Shown: in pieces, positions 48,365 to 57,388 of the stretch | Position numbering within the stretch: the first letter of the stretch is position 1 | How the letters are laid out: every line of letters starts with the position of its first letter | From: a virus | Length of the DNA: 64,000 nucleotides | Strand: one strand, 5' to 3' | IMG/VR virus record: IMGVR_UViG_3300025288_000013 | Coordinates: 1-64,000 of that record | Notes under the pieces: model-generated | Told to the model about the DNA's origin: nothing | The model's database searches: none | Seen by the model: the letters and a program-made list of their open reading frames with translations, nothing else | Translations under genes and position numbers: made by a program

Positions 48365-48966
48365 TAATTATTGTGGACGACAGAAAAGACATAAATTATA
48401 AAACGGTTGAACTATTTGATGATAGTTCAACCGTTTTTATAAATAAGAATGTTGTGTCCTCTGAATACCTATCATCTGATGAAATCCAAAAATACCAAGA
48501 CAACGAATTATTTGAAAGCATAGTAAAAACGTTTTACAAAATAAATCACAAAATAAATCCAAAATATAGAACTTGTATTGATTCTATTTTAACAGATGCT
48601 TATTTAGTTAACACACCAATTTCTTACGACAATTGTAACGACTATAAAATTTTGTACAGAAGAGATAATACGTGCATAATATCAAATGGAAAAAATGTCT
48701 TAGAGGTTAATATCAACAACATTAGTATAGAACATGGCAATATAGGTTCAGAAGTTATATCATATATTTTTTCAGAGATTTACAAAATTTTAAAAAACGA
48801 CATAAATGATTATACAAAATTTTTCATTTATTTTTCAGACATTTTTAACATAGAATACAAAGATTTGTATGACAATGTGTCATATAAACATAGAACAACC
48901 ATAGAATCAACCATAAAAAACAAATTCAAGTATTTGTTTTCAAACACAGATGCAGCAATGTGGTAA
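48361..48966 (+). CDS. Hypothetical protein
   Basis: GTGA-coupled to the previous gene. Confidence 0.55.
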   Translation: MIIIVDDRKDINYKTVELFDDSSTVFINKNVVSSEYLSSDEIQKYQDNELFESIVKTFYKINHKINPKYRTCIDSILTDAYLVNTPISYDNCNDYKILYRRDNTCIISNGKNVLEVNINNISIEHGNIGSEVISYIFSEIYKILKNDINDYTKFFIYFSDIFNIEYKDLYDNVSYKHRTTIESTIKNKFKYLFSNTDAAMW

Positions 48967-48985
48967 AGCTTGGCACGATTTTTGC
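48964..48985 (+). promoter_or_regulatory. Sigma54-type (-24/-12) promoter, copy 2, upstream of the sigma factor
   Basis: TAAAGCTTGGCACGATTTTTGC, identical to 22037-22058. Confidence 0.7.
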
Positions 48986-49037
48986 TGTGTTATAGTATGA
49001 ATTTAAAACTTAACTTAAACTTAACTTAAACTTAAAC

Positions 49038-50120
49038 ATGGAACAAGAAAAAATTTATGTGAACAATTTCACAAAACTATCACAAAATTATTTTGAATCA
49101 AGATCACAAAAAGATTTTGCCAAAATTTATGCAGAAATAAGAATAATAGCCATGTCTGCAGCTAAAGGGCTAACAGTAGATTCACATGATTACGAAAGTA
49201 TAGTTGACGATATTTCTATGAAGCTTTATTTGAACTTTGATAAATATTATCAAGAAAATAAAAGTCTTTTATCTTTTGTCTTTGTTTCATGTAAACGAAA
49301 GTATTATACACTCAAGAAGACATACAACAAAAGTATTTGTGAATCAGACATGATAATAATAAATGACAAAGACGGTGGAGAAACATCAAAATTTAATCAG
49401 GCTTTGACAAATTATTATGGCGATTTTGTTGACCAAGAAAATGTGGAGGTTGATGCAGCCGATAACATGTTGCATTTATCGACAGATAGACAGATAGACA
49501 GAGTTAAAGAAATTGTTAAAGAAATGTGCTATAACGATAAAGGTGAGTTTAATGAAGACGAACATACCAAAATGATAGATATTCTTACACTAAGAAACGG
49601 CGAGTTTTCTCTTGGTGAAAATTTGGAAGAGTTAATACCATATATAAAAAATGAAGAAGTTGGAAGCGTGTCAGACTTTATTAGTCCAACCATAATTTCT
49701 AATAAATATGGTATAAAGAACAGAGCAACTGTGTCGGCAAAAAGAACAAGAGCCATAGAAAAAATAAGAAACATAATTTTGTCTGATATATCAAATTCAG
49801 AGATTTTTGACAAAGTAAATTATACAGGGACAAAAATTGTTAAAAAAGACATAAATGGCAAAATATACACACACACATATGAACTCATAGATGGTGTTGC
49901 AAATGGGGAATACAAAAAAGAAATTTTGATTAATTCAAAGAAAACAACTCTAACAATAGGAAAATTTGAAAATGGTAAAAAAATAGGCATATGGCATCAT
50001 TTTTTTGTTGAAAACGGATCTTATATGGGATATGTAGATTATAATAGTGGTAAAAGTTTTGAATATACTGATATGGACGAAACAAGTATGGAAACACGTA
50101 TAATGAAATTGTCTGTGTAA
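49038..50120 (+). CDS. Sigma70/ECF-like RNA polymerase sigma factor with C-terminal MORN-like extension
   Basis: Region 2-like FAKIY...DYESIVDDISMKLYLNFDKY...LLSFVFVSCKR; region 4-like ISNKYGIKNRATVSAKRTRAIEKIR; tail DGVANGEY...GKFENGKKIGIW. Confidence 0.65.
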   Translation: MEQEKIYVNNFTKLSQNYFESRSQKDFAKIYAEIRIIAMSAAKGLTVDSHDYESIVDDISMKLYLNFDKYYQENKSLLSFVFVSCKRKYYTLKKTYNKSICESDMIIINDKDGGETSKFNQALTNYYGDFVDQENVEVDAADNMLHLSTDRQIDRVKEIVKEMCYNDKGEFNEDEHTKMIDILTLRNGEFSLGENLEELIPYIKNEEVGSVSDFISPTIISNKYGIKNRATVSAKRTRAIEKIRNIILSDISNSEIFDKVNYTGTKIVKKDINGKIYTHTYELIDGVANGEYKKEILINSKKTTLTIGKFENGKKIGIWHHFFVENGSYMGYVDYNSGKSFEYTDMDETSMETRIMKLSV

Positions 50121-50121
50121 T

Positions 50122-50769
50122 ATGAAGTATAACGAATTTTATGACGCTATTTTTTCTGTTGGTGAGAATCTTATTGTTAAGGCAGATTGCTCAAACAGTT
50201 GTTTTAAGCAATCTTCTGACTATGTTACCATAATAGATATTTTTATAGATAATGGTATCATATGTTTCCATGTTGAATGTGAGGGAGAAGTGTTGCAAGA
50301 TACTGATATGTGTCTGGAAACAAATGGCGTGTTTGATATAACAGCTGATGACATATTGAGTGTAGAAACCAACCAATATACAACAAAATACCTTAGCGAT
50401 CTTGTTGATAGCAACAATGTTATAAACATTGATTTGGTTGATATATCTGATATTACATTGACATCAATTATAGATATAAAAATGGATGTGGATATTGAGA
50501 TAAAGAACTTGTCTGAATTAATAAATAAAACCATAAACAACATAACATATTTGTCAAATAATTTGTTGTTTAATTTTACTGAAAAACAAATTATGATTTT
50601 GAACAAAAATGGAACCAATTATTATGGTTATGATGAATTGGTTGGCGTGCCAGAATCATGTGAACCATGTGACCACATGGTTTTATATAATAAACTTAAA
50701 CAACAAAAATCTTATTTAAGATCATTAAAAACAATAAAAACAATAATTAAAAACAACAAAAATGGATAA
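50122..50769 (+). CDS. Hypothetical protein
   Basis: Operon member. Confidence 0.5.
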   Translation: MKYNEFYDAIFSVGENLIVKADCSNSCFKQSSDYVTIIDIFIDNGIICFHVECEGEVLQDTDMCLETNGVFDITADDILSVETNQYTTKYLSDLVDSNNVINIDLVDISDITLTSIIDIKMDVDIEIKNLSELINKTINNITYLSNNLLFNFTEKQIMILNKNGTNYYGYDELVGVPESCEPCDHMVLYNKLKQQKSYLRSLKTIKTIIKNNKNG

Positions 50770-51253
50770 AGTTAAAAAAAGAGATTTAAGCAACATTAAA
50801 CAAAAATTAAACAAGGCAAACTCAATAGAGTGCACGAAATTAGCATTAGCTTTGATGGAAAACCACAAAATAATTGATAAAGAACTCAATAAGTTATCAC
50901 ATCAAGTAACTTCTAATAGTTTGACTGAAAAAACAGAAGGATATGAACAAATTGTTGAATTTGAAGAACAAATGAGAGGATCATATCCAACATTTTGCAA
51001 AGAGGTTCCAGGTGGTGGATTGCAACTTGTTGATAAAGATGGCTGGACAAAAAAACTTGAAGAGTTAAAAGAAAAATACCCTTTGGGTAGAAAATTTTTT
51101 GATGAGAATGAAATCAGAATAAATGGTATACTTGAAGAAGAAGTTGAACTTAATTTTAAAAAATTAAACATAAATTCTATACCAGATTTGAGTTTGGACA
51201 TGATTAATACAATAAGTTTCATGTTTAGTGTAAACCTTGTTAAATTAAGTTAA
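50762..51253 (+). CDS. Hypothetical helical protein
   Basis: Operon member. Confidence 0.55.
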   Translation: MDKVKKRDLSNIKQKLNKANSIECTKLALALMENHKIIDKELNKLSHQVTSNSLTEKTEGYEQIVEFEEQMRGSYPTFCKEVPGGGLQLVDKDGWTKKLEELKEKYPLGRKFFDENEIRINGILEEEVELNFKKLNINSIPDLSLDMINTISFMFSVNLVKLS

Positions 51254-51285
51254 TCGTATCATCATAAAGGACATATAATAAAAAT

Positions 51286-51741
51286 GTGTCCTTTTATCAC
51301 ACTAATATGAACAATAATAATTATAATTACAATTTATCAAAGATAATGGATTCTTTGATTGAAGATTATAAAGACAACAAAATCAACAAATCTTTAATAG
51401 ATAACTGTGTAATCTCATCAATAATAAGAAGTATTGGATATTATAACTCTGATTGGTATCAAAAATTGGATTTGTATAGAAACAAAATGTGTGACAACAT
51501 ATCAAATTTTTATGGTACCGGTATGACATTGGAACAAATTGATAAAATAGAGAGAGTGTTTATGTCAAAATACGTGAACAATAAATTGGCTACATTAGAA
51601 GCAAATTTTAGGGCGACATTATCTTTGGTTTCTTATTGTAAGGGTCTTAGGGGCAGCATGATTGAAAATGAAATAAATAAAAGAATGAATCCACCAAATG
51701 TCAATAAAAAATTTCAAACCAATACGAAACAGTCCATATAA
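51286..51741 (+). CDS. Hypothetical protein
   Basis: ORF; start may be ATG at 51307. Confidence 0.45.
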   Translation: MSFYHTNMNNNNYNYNLSKIMDSLIEDYKDNKINKSLIDNCVISSIIRSIGYYNSDWYQKLDLYRNKMCDNISNFYGTGMTLEQIDKIERVFMSKYVNNKLATLEANFRATLSLVSYCKGLRGSMIENEINKRMNPPNVNKKFQTNTKQSI

Positions 51742-52192
51742 TCAGGGTTATTACAAGTGCAAAAACCCACAAAAATATATTGGCGACTTAAAGAAAATAA
51801 TCTATAGATCTTCCCTTGAGTTAAAGGCGTACACAGAGTTTGATCTTGATGATACAGTTGTGCGTTGGTCTGTAGAACCGCCACAATTGAAGATATCATA
51901 TTTGTATGTTGTTGATGGCAAAAGACACTCTTATAATCCAGATGCATATATAGAAAAAATCAACAAAAACGGTTTCTTAAACAAATTTGTCATAGAAATA
52001 AAGCCAAAGAGTTTACTTATAAAGCCAAATAAACCAATCGTGGCTGATAGGAAAAAATATGTGGCATATAAAAAAAGATTGGCATTTTGGCTAAAGATAA
52101 TGAACAAAAAAATGGCTGCAGAAAAATTTTGTGAATCAAAAGGTATGAAATATATCTTTATGACAGAATCTTATATTAACAGAAATCTTTAA
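51698..52192 (+). CDS. Head-completion nuclease (T4 gp4/TnsA-like)
   Basis: KNPQKYIGD, IIYRSSLE, WSVE, YNPD, IEIKP and FMTE. Confidence 0.85.
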   Translation: MSIKNFKPIRNSPYNQGYYKCKNPQKYIGDLKKIIYRSSLELKAYTEFDLDDTVVRWSVEPPQLKISYLYVVDGKRHSYNPDAYIEKINKNGFLNKFVIEIKPKSLLIKPNKPIVADRKKYVAYKKRLAFWLKIMNKKMAAEKFCESKGMKYIFMTESYINRNL

Positions 52193-54234
52193 ACACCAAA
52201 TTTTTGTATGGTGCAATCCACACTTAGCGATGTTGTTCTATGACCCATAGTTATTCTATATCTTATGTCGGCTGGTATAATTACAGTAGCACTACCATAT
52301 CCAACCACTCTTCCAACCACTCTGAATATATTAGTTCCTATACCTGTTTCCAAAAATATCTGTATGTCAGTGTCACCAACGCCTTGTGTATAGGTATATA
52401 ATATTCTATCATATTCTTTTGCTGACAAAGACGTAATAGAAGTTGAAACAGAACCAGATGTATTAGTAAGATAAACCAAAGAACCAGATGTGTTTCCAAC
52501 TATGTTCCAACTAGCATCAAATGTTGGATTTATCGTGCTGACATTATTTATCAATTTTACTCTGCCTTTTGTTGAACCAGCCCCACCAACTAAGTTTATA
52601 TGCCCTCCTCTACTTGTTTGGCTTGAACCACCAGCAATATTAATATCACCGCCTCTACCAACTCCAAATCCACTGTTAACATTATATCCGCCAATAACAT
52701 TTATGTCACCTCCATCAAATCCACTTTTTCTACCTATGATATTTAGAACATTAGATATTGATGTGTATATGTTTGCTTGGAAACCATCTGGCGTTAACTT
52801 TGCTAAATGTACGCTTGGTATCGGTATAAGCGTTTCACCAGCAATGGTTTGTGCTGATCCAAAAACAGACATCAAAAACTCTCCATTTTTAGATGCTGCA
52901 TAATTTGAACTGTTGAACTTTATCCTACTTTCAGATGATGTTATTTCTAAGCCAACGCTATTATTAAAAATAATGGTTATAGAAGTTAACCCAATATCAA
53001 TTTTCTGATTAGCCGAGTTTGATAAAACAACATTGGTTGAATTCATGGAGAGATTTCTATTAGTATCATATATCATACTAATAATTGTTGGTGTTATTTC
53101 AAATTTGTGTGACGAATGTTCCATCAACAGTTTTGTTCCATCCATTGTCATATCACCAATATTTGTTGGGAATGATGGGTTTGGATAAACGAATCTAAAA
53201 GTCCCCATACCATGCAATGTGTGTGTTGGTACGCCTGTCCCAGTACCAATACCAACTCTGTCATTGTGTATTGTGATGTTATTTTGATTACCAATTCTTA
53301 ATTTTTCTGTGGTTGGGAATGTTAACAACCAAATGGATTGTGATTTTGAAAATATTAATGAATTTGTGGTGCCCATATTTTCTATATCAGACACTCCGCC
53401 AGAGAATACTAGTCTATTGGTATTAATCATTTTGCTGGTTACACCAGAATTTATGTCATTTTTTGTGCCAAATTCTGCTTGGTTATTTTTTATAACAGAC
53501 CATTCAACATTTGATTTTATATAATATATGAAATCCATAGATGTTAAACTTGCTGATCCAGTGGGGGTGTTTCTAAATTTTAAATTTAATTGTGAGAACG
53601 GTTTAGAATCAGTACCAAACGCATCGGCTATTTGGCTGGGGGTTGTGTTTGATTCTCCCAATATGTTACACAACGTCAACGTGTCCAGATCTGAACCCAC
53701 AAACGTGTTATTACCAATAATCAATCTCATGTATTCAGCATCGCCACCTATTCTTTTTGCCAATAATATATTTGATTCAGCATTTATTGTGTCAAAATGC
53801 CTCAATTTATGATTGGAAATGATACCCTGCGTACCAAAAATTAATTCATCAACAAAATCTGATGGAACATTTGGTGTATAAGCCAAATCATATTTCAAAA
53901 TACCATTGTCATCTATGATTTCAAAATATTGACCAGCATCATTAACCACTATGTCACCCAAATTATAGTTTGGATTCAAAACCAAACCACCATCTGTTGG
54001 AATATTATCAAAATGAAAGACACTACCAACATCCCCCTTATCCCCCTTATCCCCCTTAATTGATAAACCAGACCAACCTATGTCACCTTTGCTACCTTTG
54101 TTCATAACATTGACCGTGTGAAGATATATCTGATCAAAGTTGTGTTGAATTTTTTCTTTCAATGTCGATAGGGCATCACCATCTTGCAATTTCTTTAAAG
54201 TGATGTCTGGGTATGATGTAAAATTGTCAACCAT
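52189..54234 (-). CDS. Tail fiber/spike-like protein
   Basis: KIQHNFDQI, short collagen-like GDK repeats, RVGIGT and Gly-rich GGDINI repeats. Confidence 0.65.
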   Translation of the reverse strand: MVDNFTSYPDITLKKLQDGDALSTLKEKIQHNFDQIYLHTVNVMNKGSKGDIGWSGLSIKGDKGDKGDVGSVFHFDNIPTDGGLVLNPNYNLGDIVVNDAGQYFEIIDDNGILKYDLAYTPNVPSDFVDELIFGTQGIISNHKLRHFDTINAESNILLAKRIGGDAEYMRLIIGNNTFVGSDLDTLTLCNILGESNTTPSQIADAFGTDSKPFSQLNLKFRNTPTGSASLTSMDFIYYIKSNVEWSVIKNNQAEFGTKNDINSGVTSKMINTNRLVFSGGVSDIENMGTTNSLIFSKSQSIWLLTFPTTEKLRIGNQNNITIHNDRVGIGTGTGVPTHTLHGMGTFRFVYPNPSFPTNIGDMTMDGTKLLMEHSSHKFEITPTIISMIYDTNRNLSMNSTNVVLSNSANQKIDIGLTSITIIFNNSVGLEITSSESRIKFNSSNYAASKNGEFLMSVFGSAQTIAGETLIPIPSVHLAKLTPDGFQANIYTSISNVLNIIGRKSGFDGGDINVIGGYNVNSGFGVGRGGDINIAGGSSQTSRGGHINLVGGAGSTKGRVKLINNVSTINPTFDASWNIVGNTSGSLVYLTNTSGSVSTSITSLSAKEYDRILYTYTQGVGDTDIQIFLETGIGTNIFRVVGRVVGYGSATVIIPADIRYRITMGHRTTSLSVDCTIQKFGV

Positions 54235-54235
54235 C

Positions 54236-57200
54236 TTAATTTATATTTATATTTTTATTTAGTACTAAGCTTAATTTTGTCAATATGTTAACTGTGTCCC
54301 ACGTTTTGTCTTCTTCGTCCCACGTTTTATAATGAGTATACCAGTTATCATATACTGTGTCACCATTTATTAACGATAAGTTTTTGTTTGATATTATGTA
54401 TCCATCATTATATTTATTATTCGAACTTGGTTTTATGAACTTTATTTTTCCTATTTCAGAAGTATAATTAACATTTTCATCTGATATTATGTCTTTTATG
54501 TTAGAAAACGACAATATTGATTTCATTGATTCATAACATCTTGTAACATCAGATACCTGATACCAATCAAATTTTCTAAGGTCAATGAATCCTTTAACAT
54601 AACTGAATAGCATAACAGAATTTATAAGACTACCATTTAGTGCCAAAACAAAAATTTTATCATCAACAAATCTAATTGTGTTATTTGTTACATTAAATGG
54701 TAATGGGTTTGACGGATTCCATAATCCCAATCCATCAGCGTTAACGAATGTTGTTATTACTGATAAATCTTTATTATTTATACCAACCAAAGACCCAAAT
54801 TCACCATTTGATTGTTTTATCCAATTTGATACTTTCATTATATTACCATCGAATTCAATAGAATCTGGCGGTGTTGGCGAAACCGATAATTTGTTTTGCA
54901 ATTTAATACCTCTAAATTTGTCTGTTGGATTACTTAATGAATCTTGATAAACTAAATTTGGTATTGGTGGATATTCAAATTCGTCACCAAATAGAAAAGT
55001 TCCATTTGTGTATTTCTTTATGCCAAGCATAACATGTAAATATAAATAATCAAGTATTATCTCACCAGAATCAGTTATGGATTTCCAATCAGATATGCCT
55101 ATTTCTATAACAAGCACTATGGCTTTGTGATTATCGTTTTTTATGGTTTTTATTTCAAATGGTTTATTGCTGCCTTGATAGATTTCATGTATATCCCTTG
55201 TATTTAACACAACAGAAAATCTGTAACCATCCAATGACATATCAAAAGACAATTTAACGCCTCTGAATATTGTTTCGGATATATCAAAATCATTATTCAA
55301 TACTATGTTTGAATAATTTTTATCAAAATACTCCCTAAAATAGTCATATTTGGCACTTTTAAATAAACTTTCATCAAATATTCCCCCCATTAGATTTGAT
55401 ATGTGATACCAACTGTGTGTGTATAGTGATGTGTCTGATTCTTTTGTATCAAAATCTGGAGTTGTTATGCCATCCATATACATATTACCACCGTTTATGC
55501 TTATTGCGTTTCTTATGCACCAATTATATTCATTGTTAACTTGTTTGCCAAAATTTAACAAGGGTTTCACATTATCAACAAAAAATTGTACCTCATTATC
55601 ATCATTATAACTTTTTATCATAACTTTTGGGTTACCAGATATGATGGTAAAATTTTCATCTGTTGCCGCAAACGTATCAACCAACGTCACATTGTTTGAT
55701 ACACCATATTGAACGCCATCTGATTCAACAATAAATTCTGAAGAATCTCCTATTACTACATATGTTTCGCCAATTGTTAGTTTTGTCTGCTCTATATAAT
55801 TACTTAGATAATCTACAACATTTGATCTGTTTATTAGTATTTCTGATTCGATTTCTGATTCAGGATAAACAGATAACACACCATATTCAATTTTTTCTCT
55901 TTGGAATACTCTAATATCGTCCACAAAACCATTATAGTCACTTTCTGCACATGATATTATTTTGTTATTCATGTCAACTAATTCATCTAAGCCATTTGTG
56001 TTTTGGATATCAACGAATGTCAAGAATTTTGTTATTTTATGATATCCTATTTTACTTTTCATATAACCGCCCAAAACTTTATTTTTATTATCTATATCAA
56101 TGATAGATGTTATATAATTGTTGGTGAAACTTATGTCTGTATTATTAACAATTGTCAAGTCAACATTTGTTGATATGTTTTTTATGTCAAATGATAGGAA
56201 TTCGTTTGTTGATGATACTATTATTTTATTATCAATTGCTTTGGCTAATAAATTGTTGCTGTAGCCTACTTCGTTATTAAATGCTTTTGATATTGATATA
56301 CATTGTTCTGGTAACGTACCACTTGGATTAAACACAAATCTTTCTGCATCTGTTTTACCAAAATTTGGATTATTAAATAATTCATCAGCCAATAATATGA
56401 TGGACGTATTTTCAAAATCAAAACGTATAGTATCGCTTTGTGACGTTGATGAATTCAATTCTAGAACTATTAACCTGGTGTAATTTTCAAGTATTTCAAA
56501 ATCAATTGGTTCTTTTTCTTTGAATTTTGATAGCAATTGATCTGTTATGGTTATTTCGTTTTCTATTATTTTTGATGATGATGATATCTTGTTATCGCAT
56601 TTACAATAATTATATGGAACATCACTAAGTTCGTTTATTACTATACCATCAAAATCTTCTATTTCTATGTTCCCACTTACCAATGCATCATATATGGTTG
56701 GAACAAAATCCTTATTGTGTGTTTTTTTATAGAATTCACCAAGTTTTATATCATCCACAAATAACCAATAATCATCTTCTTCTAAATCATCTATGTAGAA
56801 TGCAAATTGGAAAATTGAATTCGGTATGATTTTGTTTTCCAAAAAAGTGTTGGTTATCGTATCATTTGTTATTAAATCAAACCCAGAAACTTTTGATACA
56901 ATAGATCCATTCAACAAATCAACTCCGTTAACAGTTATGGATTTGTTATCAAAATCTATGTTTATGGGATCATATTTTATATTAAGTTCTGATAGGTGAT
57001 TTGTTATATACTTACCTATTTTAGAGTTTATGGATAAGTCATATGTCTTTTTTATCGTATGATCATTTTTATTATCACTACCATTTTTTGACATAACAAC
57101 AAATCTACTTGGTAAAGATTCATTTACAACAAGAGTAACTATTATTCTGTTCTCAATAGTTTCAAAATCATCGCCAGAAAACAAAATTTTGTTCTCCACT

Positions 57201-57388
57201 TCACCAAATATCCTATGTAAATCTGATGAATATCTTCCGTCTGGATTAACAATCGCATCTTTAAATTGATGATCTGATAATGAACTCTCTGACAAAGCTG
57301 ATGAAAGTTTTATTGTATTATCGTCTACCATTAATAATATGTTTCCACATATTTTAGATATTTTTCTATTTAGATAAAATGTACCCAT
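54236..57388 (-). CDS. Large virion structural protein
   Basis: 1050-aa ORF in the late operon. Confidence 0.5.
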   Translation of the reverse strand: MGTFYLNRKISKICGNILLMVDDNTIKLSSALSESSLSDHQFKDAIVNPDGRYSSDLHRIFGEVENKILFSGDDFETIENRIIVTLVVNESLPSRFVVMSKNGSDNKNDHTIKKTYDLSINSKIGKYITNHLSELNIKYDPINIDFDNKSITVNGVDLLNGSIVSKVSGFDLITNDTITNTFLENKIIPNSIFQFAFYIDDLEEDDYWLFVDDIKLGEFYKKTHNKDFVPTIYDALVSGNIEIEDFDGIVINELSDVPYNYCKCDNKISSSSKIIENEITITDQLLSKFKEKEPIDFEILENYTRLIVLELNSSTSQSDTIRFDFENTSIILLADELFNNPNFGKTDAERFVFNPSGTLPEQCISISKAFNNEVGYSNNLLAKAIDNKIIVSSTNEFLSFDIKNISTNVDLTIVNNTDISFTNNYITSIIDIDNKNKVLGGYMKSKIGYHKITKFLTFVDIQNTNGLDELVDMNNKIISCAESDYNGFVDDIRVFQREKIEYGVLSVYPESEIESEILINRSNVVDYLSNYIEQTKLTIGETYVVIGDSSEFIVESDGVQYGVSNNVTLVDTFAATDENFTIISGNPKVMIKSYNDDNEVQFFVDNVKPLLNFGKQVNNEYNWCIRNAISINGGNMYMDGITTPDFDTKESDTSLYTHSWYHISNLMGGIFDESLFKSAKYDYFREYFDKNYSNIVLNNDFDISETIFRGVKLSFDMSLDGYRFSVVLNTRDIHEIYQGSNKPFEIKTIKNDNHKAIVLVIEIGISDWKSITDSGEIILDYLYLHVMLGIKKYTNGTFLFGDEFEYPPIPNLVYQDSLSNPTDKFRGIKLQNKLSVSPTPPDSIEFDGNIMKVSNWIKQSNGEFGSLVGINNKDLSVITTFVNADGLGLWNPSNPLPFNVTNNTIRFVDDKIFVLALNGSLINSVMLFSYVKGFIDLRKFDWYQVSDVTRCYESMKSILSFSNIKDIISDENVNYTSEIGKIKFIKPSSNNKYNDGYIISNKNLSLINGDTVYDNWYTHYKTWDEEDKTWDTVNILTKLSLVLNKNININ

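Noticed and set aside
51698-52192. Tn7-like transposon (TnsA)
   Set aside because: No TnsB/C or transposon ends; the motifs fit the T4 gp4 head-completion family.
54031-54058. ATCCCCCTT 9-bp tandem repeat
   Set aside because: Simply encodes a collagen-like KGD x3 stretch in the fiber protein.
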